From: a virus
Lineage: Duplodnaviria > Heunggongvirae > Uroviricota > Caudoviricetes
Virus record (IMG/VR): IMGVR_UViG_3300031994_000001
Span: 311,799-375,798 of that record
Direction: 5' to 3' (one strand)
Length of the DNA: 64,000 bases
A program made the position numbers and the translations under genes. The notes below the pieces were generated by a model that saw only the letters and a list, made by a program, of their open reading frames with translations, had not been told where the DNA came from and ran no database searches. Positions 29,779-39,552 of the stretch are shown here, piece by piece (position 1 is the first letter of the stretch; every line of letters begins with the position of its first letter).

Positions 29779-31623
29779 TTATCTTATCAATGCCATTATC
29801 TTGTCTATCTGACCGTTCAGTTTGTTTTGAACTTTCTTTCCCTTTTCGTTTCTATCCCTATAACTGCCTTTAGGTTTTGACGGTGTTGACGAATCCGTCT
29901 CATTCGGGTCTTTGACACCGCCCTTAACGTGCATAGGTATATTCTTCCTGCCTTCGGCAATCTGTTTGTAATACTGCTCCAATTCCGCTGTGTTCGGATT
30001 GTCTTTGTCAACATTGCCGAGATACGGAGTGTGGAAGTAACGACCCCTGCCCGCATTGAACATTGATTCAATGTCACCCGCGTCACGGGGCTTTCCGTGT
30101 TTGAGTTGGCAGGTGAACGCAACATTAACGGGGAAGTCGTCATATCCAAGACCCTCGCCCATTTGCATTTCGATTTGGTTGCAGACCATATTGCCCATCA
30201 TAGCGATTGGGTTGAGCGGGTTTCCGATTGTAACGTGCCACATACCCGTAGGCTCGCCCGAAAGCAATGCGTTTGCAGGTTGGGTGACACCGAGTTTACC
30301 GAGTTTTCCGTTGATAAGACCGCCGATAATGTTCTGCAACCCCCCCTTGATGACATTCTTCGCCAAGTTAGCCCATTCCTCAAGGCTCTGCGGGAACTCA
30401 CCGCCGTTCCAACTCTCAATCTGACCCATAACGTGGTCAACAAGACTCTTGCCGTATGCGGCGTAGTCTCCACGGGCGAAAGCGGCAAGGTCGCCAGGCT
30501 GCTTGCCGTAGCCACCGCCGTTGCCATAGTAACGTGTAGCACCGCCCCACCAAGTACCCGTGTTAGTACCCATAAGAATCATATTGCCGATAATGTCAAG
30601 CATAGCGATTTTAGGGTTCACATATTGGAGAGACTTCAACTCGTACTCGAATTTGAGATTGAAGTTCTGCTCAAAGTTCAGACCAATGTCACGGATGTTG
30701 GTTTTCATCACCGTATCAACAGGTCCCTGCGTGTACTTGGAGTATTTGTCCCACGGGTTTATCTGCGCAGCCTGCGCAGCAATGCTCATTTGTTGGGGTG
30801 AATAGTTGTGACCCGAAAGCATACTGAAGAACGTAGCACCCATACCCGCAGCAACCGCGCTGTCGCCTTGTGAATCGTTATGCCATTTAGCACCGATACC
30901 GAAACTTGACGCACCTGGCGTACCGCCCGTAATGGTCTGAATCTCCGAGGTCTGCTCTTTCCAATTCGTACCCCAAGTGAATTTGAGTATATCTTCCATC
31001 TTATTACCCGCAAACTCCGACATATATGTCGTTGCCGTTGCGATAGGAAGTATTGCTGAACGCACATCCATATCGGCGTGTACGTCTTCGGGATAGGCGA
31101 GAACAAACGGAATGTCCGTACAAGGCATACCATAACGCCTCAATGTGATAAGGTAGTTGGGCGGGATATGCTTGTAGTATTTGTTGTAAATGAAGTCTTG
31201 TATCTTGTATCTGCCTGCCTTTATGTTCTCGAAAGCGTCAATGATATTCTTGTATGTGGGTTCTGCGTTAGACCACATAACACCGCCACGGGCAAGACCC
31301 GTATCGAAATTCTTGGTGAGTACGGTTTCGTCACACACACGCATAACGCCGAGCATACCCATATAATCCATAAGCATATGCCTTGCGAATATGCTGAACG
31401 GGGCATAGAGGCGGTCAGTCCTTATGTCATAAAAATCCTTTGAAACGACCTTGCCGTTCTCGTCCTTTGTGTCCATTGTGGTATATGTGTCACCCACAAC
31501 AACACCGCCGTCAGCACCCTTTGACACCATCCAAGTCCAAGTAGGCGCAGACGTACCCGAAACCTCCCACACTTCTGAATAGGGGTTGAACATATCAGCA
31601 TAGGCTTTATCAATGGTACTCAT
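29779..31623 (-). CDS. probable virion structural protein (baseplate/tube-fold, gp48-like?)
   Basis: GLNFEQNFNLKFEYEL...VTIGNPLNP...DDFP..V.F.C.L; co-transcribed with the gp4-like gene; function is inference. Confidence 0.45.
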   Translation of the reverse strand: MSTIDKAYADMFNPYSEVWEVSGTSAPTWTWMVSKGADGGVVVGDTYTTMDTKDENGKVVSKDFYDIRTDRLYAPFSIFARHMLMDYMGMLGVMRVCDETVLTKNFDTGLARGGVMWSNAEPTYKNIIDAFENIKAGRYKIQDFIYNKYYKHIPPNYLITLRRYGMPCTDIPFVLAYPEDVHADMDVRSAILPIATATTYMSEFAGNKMEDILKFTWGTNWKEQTSEIQTITGGTPGASSFGIGAKWHNDSQGDSAVAAGMGATFFSMLSGHNYSPQQMSIAAQAAQINPWDKYSKYTQGPVDTVMKTNIRDIGLNFEQNFNLKFEYELKSLQYVNPKIAMLDIIGNMILMGTNTGTWWGGATRYYGNGGGYGKQPGDLAAFARGDYAAYGKSLVDHVMGQIESWNGGEFPQSLEEWANLAKNVIKGGLQNIIGGLINGKLGKLGVTQPANALLSGEPTGMWHVTIGNPLNPIAMMGNMVCNQIEMQMGEGLGYDDFPVNVAFTCQLKHGKPRDAGDIESMFNAGRGRYFHTPYLGNVDKDNPNTAELEQYYKQIAEGRKNIPMHVKGGVKDPNETDSSTPSKPKGSYRDRNEKGKKVQNKLNGQIDKIMALIR

Positions 31624-31639
31624 TCTCTCTCAATATATT

Positions 31640-32125
31640 CTAAAACGACAGTTTGGAATCCTCCGTTATGAACTTGTATTCCATACCGTGCAAATCGCAA
31701 TAGTTGCGGCAAGCCTTCGCCTTCTCCATATTCTTTATGTAGGTCTTGGCTTGGTATCTGTAATTCTCCAACGCTTTCTCGGTTTCGCGTTTCGGTTTCT
31801 TCGGCTCGGTCAAATCCTTCTTCGGCTTGACCTCCGCGATTATCTTCCTAATGCCGTTTTTCGTCTTGTACTCAAAATAGAAGTCGGGAAAATACTCGTG
31901 GTACTTTTCATCGGTGATACTGAAATACGAAATCCGTATGCACTCGCTGCCCCATCTGACAACGGTGGCACACTCATCGAGGAACTTACAAACCTTGTAC
32001 TCCCAACTTGAACGGTAGATAATTGGCATCTTACCGCAATACTTGCTCGGAAACAGAGGATTGTAGATTCCCTGCCTAAACGGACTGTTCTTCGTGGTTC
32101 TCGGTTTTAACGATTTAATGTCCAT
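31640..32125 (-). CDS. head completion nuclease (T4 gp4-like)
   Basis: IIYRSSWE, RWGSE, YFPDF, EVKP, N.EK..A...YC...G..Y..ITE; TATAAATA at 32144-32151. Confidence 0.88.
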   Translation of the reverse strand: MDIKSLKPRTTKNSPFRQGIYNPLFPSKYCGKMPIIYRSSWEYKVCKFLDECATVVRWGSECIRISYFSITDEKYHEYFPDFYFEYKTKNGIRKIIAEVKPKKDLTEPKKPKRETEKALENYRYQAKTYIKNMEKAKACRNYCDLHGMEYKFITEDSKLSF

Positions 32126-32158
32126 AAATGATAAATTCCCATATATTTATAAAGGAAA

Positions 32159-32180
32159 AAAGACGGGTTGCCCCGTCTTT
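32159..32180 (-). terminator. Rho-independent terminator
   Basis: AAAGACGGG-ttgc-CCCGTCTTT with an A-run. Confidence 0.75.
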
Positions 32181-32203
32181 GCTCATTGTGGTTAAGTTCA
32201 CGA

Positions 32204-32563
32204 TTAAATGTCAAGACAGTTGATGATTAAATACTCAACAATCTCTTTGCACATACCATCATTATCACACCGTGAATCCGCGATTGCAGACAAACGGTCT
32301 TTCAATGATTCCACCAAAGGCTCAACATCGGTGTCATTTGTGCAGTTGCCTTTCACCTCGTCCCACCAACCGAATACCATATTTGCCATTTCGTCAACCT
32401 TTGTTTGGATTGAACGAAAATATGGATTGTAGGTTTTGATGGTATTCACAACGTCATCCCAAGCGATAGGATTTTCCTCGTTAAAGGTGTCGGGTGTGTA
32501 CTTACCCTCGGCTTGCGACCAATTCTGCGCAGCCATTTCGTCAATTTTCATAATGTGTGTCAT
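32204..32563 (-). CDS. hypothetical protein
   Basis: MTHIMKIDEMA start shared with 40129..40536. Confidence 0.7.
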   Translation of the reverse strand: MTHIMKIDEMAAQNWSQAEGKYTPDTFNEENPIAWDDVVNTIKTYNPYFRSIQTKVDEMANMVFGWWDEVKGNCTNDTDVEPLVESLKDRLSAIADSRCDNDGMCKEIVEYLIINCLDI

Positions 32564-32565
32564 AA

Positions 32566-33147
32566 TTAAAATCTATCCTTTTCTTTTTGATATTCGTCCA
32601 TAAACGCAGAAACTGCGGCATCCTTGATTTCGTCAAGGATTTTGTTGTACTCGTCAATGCCAAGTTTGTCGTCAAGTTCGTCAGCGATATCGCTGCCTGC
32701 ATTCGCGCCCTCGTCCCAACTGTCTGAAACAACTTCACGCAAGGTGTCGTCATTCACGTTGTAATCTTCGAGCATATTAACAAACTCTTTCATTTTCTTC
32801 GTGTACTTGACATCAATGTCGTAATCGTCATTCGACATATCGCTCCAATGCAGGTTCACAAGCATTTCGACAGTGCAGGAATCAAGTTCTTCATCCTCAT
32901 AATCCGTCTTTTTGTTAATGTCAAAATAGAATTTGAGGTACATTTCAAAGTTGGTGTTCTTGTTTTTATCCAACGCCTTAAAATCTTCAAGAGTACCCTT
33001 GTGTTCTCTGTCGAAATAGTACCAATGCTCGCCGTCCCACTTGCAGTCAGCACTCACGGTGTCCAAGTCAAGCACATTGGTCTCTGTGCGGCTGATAAAC
33101 ATAGCCGCCTCCTTTATGTACTCGGTGCTTTTAAGTATCTTCGTCAT
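32566..33147 (-). CDS. acidic hypothetical protein
   Basis: likely start MTKILKSTEYIKE-A (first half of the shared leader only). Confidence 0.7.
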   Translation of the reverse strand: MTKILKSTEYIKEAAMFISRTETNVLDLDTVSADCKWDGEHWYYFDREHKGTLEDFKALDKNKNTNFEMYLKFYFDINKKTDYEDEELDSCTVEMLVNLHWSDMSNDDYDIDVKYTKKMKEFVNMLEDYNVNDDTLREVVSDSWDEGANAGSDIADELDDKLGIDEYNKILDEIKDAAVSAFMDEYQKEKDRF

Positions 33148-33161
33148 ATTTTTTATTATGT

Positions 33162-33656
33162 TCAATCATTAAATTTAGGTTGTCTTGACTTATCATTTTC
33201 CAAAGGTGTTCCGTCAAAACAATTTTGATGTAAATCAACATTAGAAACATCCCAAGAAGAAAGATTCCCGTCAAATGCAGAATCAGTAAACATAAACGAC
33301 ATATCAATAAGATTTGACACATTCCATTTAGAAATGTCACCATTGAAATCCGATTCATAGAACATTTCAGTCATATCTGTAACATTTGAGACATCCCAAA
33401 GCGATATGTCTCCATTAAATTCAGATTTACTGAATATTCCAATCATATCAGTTATGGCAGAAACGTCAATGTTATTCAGATTGCAGTTACAACCTTCTTC
33501 ATCAATGCGCTCTTTCACCAATTCAATAAGTTCATCCCTTGTTTTCGGAAAATATTTGTAAATAAGACCCTTTCCTTTTGAAAGTTGTTCTTTTGATATT
33601 GGTTGTATTCCCATTTTTTCAAATATAAACCTTTCCGAATTAAGTATCTTCGTCAT
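33162..33656 (-). CDS. BspA/DUF285-type repeat protein with shared leader
   Basis: MTKILNSERFIFE-KMGIQPISKEQL; FNGDISxWDVSNVTDMxxMF repeats. Confidence 0.85.
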   Translation of the reverse strand: MTKILNSERFIFEKMGIQPISKEQLSKGKGLIYKYFPKTRDELIELVKERIDEEGCNCNLNNIDVSAITDMIGIFSKSEFNGDISLWDVSNVTDMTEMFYESDFNGDISKWNVSNLIDMSFMFTDSAFDGNLSSWDVSNVDLHQNCFDGTPLENDKSRQPKFND

Positions 33657-33681
33657 ATTATATATGTTTTTTATATAAGTC

Positions 33682-35118
33682 CTAATTGTCGAAATATCCC
33701 TCCACGTCTTCGCCTTTCCAAACATACAGCGTCTCTTGGTAGAATATCTTGACGCTTGCATATCCGTCACTGCCTATTTTCGCACGCTTTGTCTCGTCTT
33801 CGTAAACAACATCGGAATCGGGCTGCACCGAATATGTCGAAGAGTTTTTCGACCCCTTTGTCAACTTTTCGCCAATGCGCACAAGCCAAAGCCAACTTTT
33901 TGTCCTTTTGGTAATCTCATAGAAATAAACCCTGCCGAGATAAGTGCAATACACAATATCACCAACACGATAGATTTTACGGGAGACATCAGTCTTGGCA
34001 AGCCGTTCTTTCGTAACGGGCTGTATTGTCAGTTTCTCGGAAACATACCTATTGCCTCTGCTCCAAATAAGATTGGCATTACTTTTTGAAAAAATTGAAA
34101 CAAATTCTTTTATAAGAAAATTGTTTTCATTATCCCTGCATTTTAGATTAGGAATCCGATAAACATTCATTATGTCACATATACCAACACTCTTTATATC
34201 TTTCAGTCTATTTGCATTAGATTGAAAAACTTTTCTTGGAACATTCCAATTCAAATTTGAATCATAATCTTCCAAAAATGTGTATGTTTCCCAAGCAACC
34301 GAATACACAGTATTTGCAAAACCATCGCCAAAACCTATGAATACACCACTTTCGTTTTTATCGCCATCATAATATGTTTTAGTGTATTTTGCAAGCAAAG
34401 ATGTATAATCAGAAAATGCGACATATAAAAATGTTCTATTGGCATCCCCTCTGAATGTCACAACGTCACCCGTTTGGAAATTATTACGCATATCATCCGA
34501 AGAAACTATGTTGCGGTTTTTAAGAGAATTTTTCGTAACGGGCTGTATTGTCAGTTTCTCGGAAACGAAGTTGACTTTCCTGCTCCAAACAACAACCGCC
34601 CTTTTCTTTTGAAATTCAAAAGTATCCTCGTCAAAAAGCAAAGTGCCGTCATCGTTTCCGCTTCTGTTACATTTGAAATCCAACATTCTGTAAACGCGGA
34701 GAATATTACCTACATATCCGCCGCTCCAATCCAATTTGGAATTATAGTCCTGCAAAAACGTATAGTTGTTCCAATCGAAAGAAGTCTTTCCGTTTTCGTC
34801 AATAAGGAAAACCACAAAGACACCCATCTTCTGTGTGTCTTTTCTATCAAAATTCATACCCGTATGCCAATCCAAATAATCATAATCCGATGGAGCAATA
34901 TACATAAGTGTCTGCAATTCGGTGTATTCACCGCTGCGCTCATCAATTACCGAGCCGAATGTGACAACATCGCCCGTTTGGAAATTATCCTTCATTTCAT
35001 CTGATGAATTATAATGGACTATGCCCTTTTTCACCATCCTCTCCTTTGTCACGGGCTGTATGGATAATTTTTCCAAGACATTATTGGTAAACTCTGCAAA
35101 CTTAAACACTTTTGCCAT
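33682..35118 (-). CDS. three-module protein, each module starting with E-KL(S/T)IQPVTK (putative polyprotein)
   Basis: VLE-KLSIQPVTKERM, FVSE-KLTIQPVTKNSL, YVSE-KLTIQPVTKERL; modules 1 and 2 share NFQTGDVVTF; TATAAATA at 35136-35143. Confidence 0.85.
   Translation of the reverse strand: MAKVFKFAEFTNNVLEKLSIQPVTKERMVKKGIVHYNSSDEMKDNFQTGDVVTFGSVIDERSGEYTELQTLMYIAPSDYDYLDWHTGMNFDRKDTQKMGVFVVFLIDENGKTSFDWNNYTFLQDYNSKLDWSGGYVGNILRVYRMLDFKCNRSGNDDGTLLFDEDTFEFQKKRAVVVWSRKVNFVSEKLTIQPVTKNSLKNRNIVSSDDMRNNFQTGDVVTFRGDANRTFLYVAFSDYTSLLAKYTKTYYDGDKNESGVFIGFGDGFANTVYSVAWETYTFLEDYDSNLNWNVPRKVFQSNANRLKDIKSVGICDIMNVYRIPNLKCRDNENNFLIKEFVSIFSKSNANLIWSRGNRYVSEKLTIQPVTKERLAKTDVSRKIYRVGDIVYCTYLGRVYFYEITKRTKSWLWLVRIGEKLTKGSKNSSTYSVQPDSDVVYEDETKRAKIGSDGYASVKIFYQETLYVWKGEDVEGYFDN
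34009..34044. repeat. 36-nt direct repeat, copy 1 (module junction)
   Basis: tttcgtaacgggctgtattgtcagtttctcggaaac, identical to 34531-34566. Confidence 0.9.
34531..34566. repeat. 36-nt direct repeat, copy 2 (module junction)
   Basis: identical to 34009-34044. Confidence 0.9.
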
Positions 35119-35138
35119 AGGTCGGTTTATTTCTATAT

Positions 35139-35636
35139 TTATACACGCTCAAACAGCGGAACAAGCAAACTCGCGTCAACATTATTGAAAAAATCAATGT
35201 CAAACGGCTGACTTGGAAGTTTCTCGTATCGGTATATGCCGTCAACAAAAAGCGCACCGCCAGTTGATTGCATACGGTCGTCTCTGAAAATATCCATAGA
35301 CGTATAGCCCGAACCAATATCACCGCCACCCTTGTATTTGCAACTAACAAACACACCTTCCATAAAACTGTTTTCTGTGATATGACCTATTCTAACAATA
35401 TCATTGTACTTGTACCTCATTATGTCATCGTGGGAAATGTAAACGAACAGATATTCCATTTTGCGCGAATTGCTCGTTTTCGACATAGAAAATATGTCAC
35501 CCGTCCGAACCATAGATTTCCAACCTTCCTTATCCTCTATCTTTCGGAATGCCACCTCCCTATAAAGCCTATCGGAAGTAACAGGCTGTATGTTCAGTTT
35601 CTCTGATATGTATTGTTCGGATTTGAGTATTTCCAT
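35139..35636 (-). CDS. hypothetical protein with shared leader, related to modules 1/2 of 33682..35118
   Basis: MEILKSEQYISE-KLNIQPVTSDRL; TGD....YI...D....GVFV....YR pattern. Confidence 0.8.
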   Translation of the reverse strand: MEILKSEQYISEKLNIQPVTSDRLYREVAFRKIEDKEGWKSMVRTGDIFSMSKTSNSRKMEYLFVYISHDDIMRYKYNDIVRIGHITENSFMEGVFVSCKYKGGGDIGSGYTSMDIFRDDRMQSTGGALFVDGIYRYEKLPSQPFDIDFFNNVDASLLVPLFERV

Positions 35637-35650
35637 AAGTTATTAAAATA

Positions 35651-36355
35651 TTATAATTTAAACTTGCCGTGCAACCAATTTGGTTTTATTTTCGGCAAAA
35701 CAAGATTTGGATTATTCTTATAATAAAAATCGCCGTTCACATTATTTGGAGCATAATCAAAGGATTTTAACTGATTATGTTCACAATGAACATCTCCGCC
35801 GATTTCAAGTGGTAAATAATTAAAAGATTTTACGCTATTATATGCAAACACAAAATCTCCACCGACTTTCTGCGGTGCGCCTTTTAATGATTCCAAACCA
35901 GTGCTGTTGGCAAAAAAACCGCCTCCTACTTCCTGCGGTGCGCCTTCAAGTGTTTTCAATGTATTTACATAACATCGAAATGCTCCTCCTACTTTCTGCG
36001 GTGCGCCTTTGAGTGACGTGAGTTTATTACCACTGCAATCAAAGTACCCTCCGACTTCCTGCGGTGCGCCTTCAAGATTTATTAAATTATTCGTCTGACA
36101 TACAAAATTCCCTTTAACACGACCAAATCTGATGACAAGGACTCCATCAGACACAACATTTTCATCAATTTCAACACTTTCGTCACAATCATAGCATTTC
36201 GTATGCTTATTCCATTTAAGACTGTGGTCTTCTATGAATTTTTTAACCTTATTGTCAACCGAAGGCTCGTTTGTCCATTCAGCAAGCCTATTTTTTGAAA
36301 CGGGCTGTATGTTCAGTTTTTCGCCAATATATTGTTCGGATTTGAGTATTTTCAT
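35651..36355 (-). CDS. LRR-like 21-aa GAP-repeat protein with shared leader
   Basis: MKILKSEQYIGE-KLNIQPVSKNRL; GAPQ(E/K)VGGxF repeats; C-cap LVLPK.KP.W as in 14094. Confidence 0.88.
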   Translation of the reverse strand: MKILKSEQYIGEKLNIQPVSKNRLAEWTNEPSVDNKVKKFIEDHSLKWNKHTKCYDCDESVEIDENVVSDGVLVIRFGRVKGNFVCQTNNLINLEGAPQEVGGYFDCSGNKLTSLKGAPQKVGGAFRCYVNTLKTLEGAPQEVGGGFFANSTGLESLKGAPQKVGGDFVFAYNSVKSFNYLPLEIGGDVHCEHNQLKSFDYAPNNVNGDFYYKNNPNLVLPKIKPNWLHGKFKL

Positions 36356-36356
36356 A

Positions 36357-38033
36357 TTATTCGTCTGTTTTCCACTTGTATTCTATCGTAACATCGCCAA
36401 ACACATAGGTCACATTTTTCAAACCATAGCCCGCGTCCTCGAACTTCTGTGAATACTCGCCGACAGAAAAGTCTCTCTGCTCCACAATAAGCGGGCGTTC
36501 CTTGTGCGATACGCGGCGGTCGTCCGTTGTAGGTATCTTATAGTCAACTCCGTCATAGGTGAAATTGGTAAACACTATGTTCTTACCGTTGTAGAGCATA
36601 TCAATCAAATCGCCGATGTTCACCTTGGTTTCTATTGAACCCGCGTACCATCTCGGAAGCATACGCTTGACAAAGCCCGCGCCCTTCTCAATGTAAGAAA
36701 CATCGCGCTTCAGCACCTTGTCGCCGACATAACTCAATCCAAAAAAGATTCCACGGTCATTCACATATTTATCCCCGAACAAACTGAACCCGAAAATGTC
36801 CTTGTTCTCTATGACATAATAGCATTTGTTTTTATGTTTGTACCAAGTGCCTGCCATACCCTTGCTCTTGTCATTTCGGACTTTCGCCATCATATTGTTC
36901 GCCTCCTTGAACGGTGCATTCCATTCGGTCTCAAACTCCTCGTCTGGCAAATCAACCAAATGCGACACGCATTCATTGCCAACGTGGAATATCTGACCTT
37001 TCGGGTTTCGTATAACCATAACATTCACAATGGGGTCTTTCCCGCAATGCTCGCAAACCTCGCCAGCGTGGGTTCTGTAATAGTCAACCAACTCATAATG
37101 GTCTTTCGGAAGATTGCGTTCTGTATAACGGGAAACATAGGGTTTGGAATCATCCAAGTTCTTCATATCCGATGTATCGGGATGGATTTCATTGTCACGC
37201 TCGTATTGCAACGTTAGTTTGGCATTCAACGAAAATGCGTACCTTATGTTCAAAGCAGAGTCAACAGACCAAGCCGATTCAATTTTCCTTATTTCTTTGC
37301 CTTTGTAATACACGGTCATAACAGCACCCTTGTTGCGAATGCTATTCCGCATAGTTTCCTCCATCTCCTTGTTTTCACGGGCAACACGCTCTTTCTCGTC
37401 ACGCTCAACTTTCTTCGCATAAACGTCTTTTACAATGGCTGCGAGTTCGTCATTCTTTTCGGCATACAATCTGTCAAACCCCCAAGACTTAACATAGTCA
37501 TTCATAATGGAAACAACTTTGTCCGAACTCTTGGTATCACTATGCGATTTGAAATTGTTGTCGGCAAGATAATAGTGGTTGAACTCGCCGTCAATCTTCG
37601 TAGCCTTTCCATTTGCGACAGCATACATAACAAGAACGCTGTATTTCGGGTCGGTGACTGTGTTAGTGTCGGGATTCTTCCTCAATTCATTACCGCCTTT
37701 TTTCTCATCGCACATAGGATAGAACACGAAACTGTGCTTGTCGTCAAGAGAAAACACGAATTTGTCGCCTTTCTCGGTTTCGACAAACTCCGTCTTTATG
37801 CCGTAGAAGTCAAGCATATCGAACATTTTGCCGTAAGCCTTTTCATATTCCCAAGAAAAATAAAAATAAGAGTTGCCGCTTTTCGTGTTTTCTGCGATAA
37901 TATCCTTGTACCCCGTAATCTTGTCGGCACAATATCCAAAGAATTTTTCCAACGAATACCAACGGAAAGTGTGCAGTTTGCAGTACACATTCTCATTCAA
38001 CAACTCGTCAGAATTAAGTACATATTTTTTCAT
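36357..38033 (-). CDS. hypothetical protein with Zn-finger-like motif
   Basis: CEHCGK.PI...VGNECV; leader LNSDELLNE-N. Confidence 0.7.
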   Translation of the reverse strand: MKKYVLNSDELLNENVYCKLHTFRWYSLEKFFGYCADKITGYKDIIAENTKSGNSYFYFSWEYEKAYGKMFDMLDFYGIKTEFVETEKGDKFVFSLDDKHSFVFYPMCDEKKGGNELRKNPDTNTVTDPKYSVLVMYAVANGKATKIDGEFNHYYLADNNFKSHSDTKSSDKVVSIMNDYVKSWGFDRLYAEKNDELAAIVKDVYAKKVERDEKERVARENKEMEETMRNSIRNKGAVMTVYYKGKEIRKIESAWSVDSALNIRYAFSLNAKLTLQYERDNEIHPDTSDMKNLDDSKPYVSRYTERNLPKDHYELVDYYRTHAGEVCEHCGKDPIVNVMVIRNPKGQIFHVGNECVSHLVDLPDEEFETEWNAPFKEANNMMAKVRNDKSKGMAGTWYKHKNKCYYVIENKDIFGFSLFGDKYVNDRGIFFGLSYVGDKVLKRDVSYIEKGAGFVKRMLPRWYAGSIETKVNIGDLIDMLYNGKNIVFTNFTYDGVDYKIPTTDDRRVSHKERPLIVEQRDFSVGEYSQKFEDAGYGLKNVTYVFGDVTIEYKWKTDE

Positions 38034-38037
38034 ACTG

Positions 38038-38994
38038 TTATCTGTCTTTGTTCTGCTGCGGTTCGTTATAGCCCGCCGTCTTTATCGTATAATCCAAGTC
38101 TTTGCCTCTGTTGGATTCCATATATGTCTTCGGGAACTCCCGCTCGGTTATCACATTTTTGTCAACCTCGCCGCCCTTTATTCTATCAGCGAGTTCGGGT
38201 ATGTCACGCTCGTCATAATGGTCGTCTCCAAGGTGGAATTTGGTGATAAGACCGCCTGGATATACACCAACATTACCGTATTCATCTGAACGGAACATCA
38301 TAACAGAGCCGTCCTTACCATTAATCATATCGTTTATCTCGTCAAGCAGTATGCCGTTCTCGAACACGGGATAGAAACTCTTTACCTCTATGCTGAACGA
38401 CACCTTGTACTCCTTCTGTTGGTCAATGCCGAACTCAATGGGTCTGTCCTGCGAATAGTCATTCGGCAAAGTGTACGCCGACTGAACCTGCATCATACCC
38501 AAGTCAACGAAAAACGTGTTCACAGCATAGAGTTTGCTCAATATGCTTTCTGTCACTTTCAGCATTTCGATTTGTGACGAACATACCATATTGCAGGTGA
38601 ACGACATATTGATTGGCAGGAAGCAGCACCTCATATAGAAAGTCTTGAGAATGCCGTCAACCTCGTGTACGAATTTAGCCTGCGTGAACTTGTTGACTTG
38701 GCTTCCCGAATCAATGGCTACGTTTTCAAGGTTGATTACACCCCTCGGAACTTTCTCGTAGTCACCAATAGCCTTGCCGTTGTTTATGGCATCATATTGG
38801 AACTCGTCTTTCAAGAAACGCTCGCCACCAGTGACGGAAAAGAAAAACGGGATGTCAATCTTTTCCATAACCTCGTTTGTCGGGTGCTGATAGACATATA
38901 TCCTTTTGTTGAGTTCAGCCAACAAAGCGACAATAATGTAGCGTATCACACTATTGTCGTAATTCATTGTCTGATTGTAAACATTCATTGCCAT
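38038..38994 (-). CDS. tail sheath stabiliser/completion protein (T4 gp15-like)
   Basis: IRYIIVALL, IPF, PRG, P.NMSF....S...MLKVTESIL, F.IEVK.FYP. Confidence 0.55.
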   Translation of the reverse strand: MAMNVYNQTMNYDNSVIRYIIVALLAELNKRIYVYQHPTNEVMEKIDIPFFFSVTGGERFLKDEFQYDAINNGKAIGDYEKVPRGVINLENVAIDSGSQVNKFTQAKFVHEVDGILKTFYMRCCFLPINMSFTCNMVCSSQIEMLKVTESILSKLYAVNTFFVDLGMMQVQSAYTLPNDYSQDRPIEFGIDQQKEYKVSFSIEVKSFYPVFENGILLDEINDMINGKDGSVMMFRSDEYGNVGVYPGGLITKFHLGDDHYDERDIPELADRIKGGEVDKNVITEREFPKTYMESNRGKDLDYTIKTAGYNEPQQNKDR

Positions 38995-39003
38995 ATTTGC
39001 GAA

Positions 39004-39552
39004 TTACATATTGTTTTTGTGTTGAACATCGGCTAAATAGTCATTGAGAAGTTTCAAATGCTCTTCCTCGTCAGCCAAGATATGAACAGCCATATCGTAT
39101 GTCGTTGTGTCTTTGCCGCGTGTGAAGTCAAGGAGTTGCTGATACCCGTTGATAGCGCATTTCTCGTGTGCGATGTTCATCACAACGAGGGAAAGCGTGT
39201 CGTATGGCTTCGCGGGAATCGCATAGTCACACTCGCTCAATTCCGTAAGATTGCGGATGTCTTTCAGTTTCTCAACATCGCCGCCGAGTTCGGATATGCG
39301 GTTCAATATCTTCGCCGCGTGGTCGTTGAGTTCATCATCAGCCATTTCAGCGAATGTCTTTTCAATGTTCGGTCTCTCATTGCCTACAAGGAACGGGGCT
39401 ATGATATTGTAGTGATACCATTGCAGCACTTCCTCCGCATAGCGTTTTTCGAGCATAGAGATGAGAACAGCCGTGTCTATTCTGTCCCCAACGGCTTCGT
39501 TCACTTTATTCTTGAAATAGTCTTTGCTTGTGTATTGACTCAAATTTTTCAT
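39004..39552 (-). CDS. ferritin-like (bacterioferritin/DPSL) protein
   Basis: AEE....Y, DELNDHA....RI.ELGG, E.CAI..Y, D.TT......ILADEEEH di-iron motifs; TATAAATA at 39618-39625. Confidence 0.85.
   Translation of the reverse strand: MKNLSQYTSKDYFKNKVNEAVGDRIDTAVLISMLEKRYAEEVLQWYHYNIIAPFLVGNERPNIEKTFAEMADDELNDHAAKILNRISELGGDVEKLKDIRNLTELSECDYAIPAKPYDTLSLVVMNIAHEKCAINGYQQLLDFTRGKDTTTYDMAVHILADEEEHLKLLNDYLADVQHKNNM

Noticed and set aside
33657-33770. N-terminal extension of the BspA-repeat ORF given in the ORF track
   Set aside because: It overlaps the upstream gene; the ATG at 33656 gives the shared leader.
11801-36355. Diversity-generating retroelement acting on the LRR genes
   Set aside because: No reverse transcriptase and no template/variable repeat pair differing only at adenines is visible in this window.
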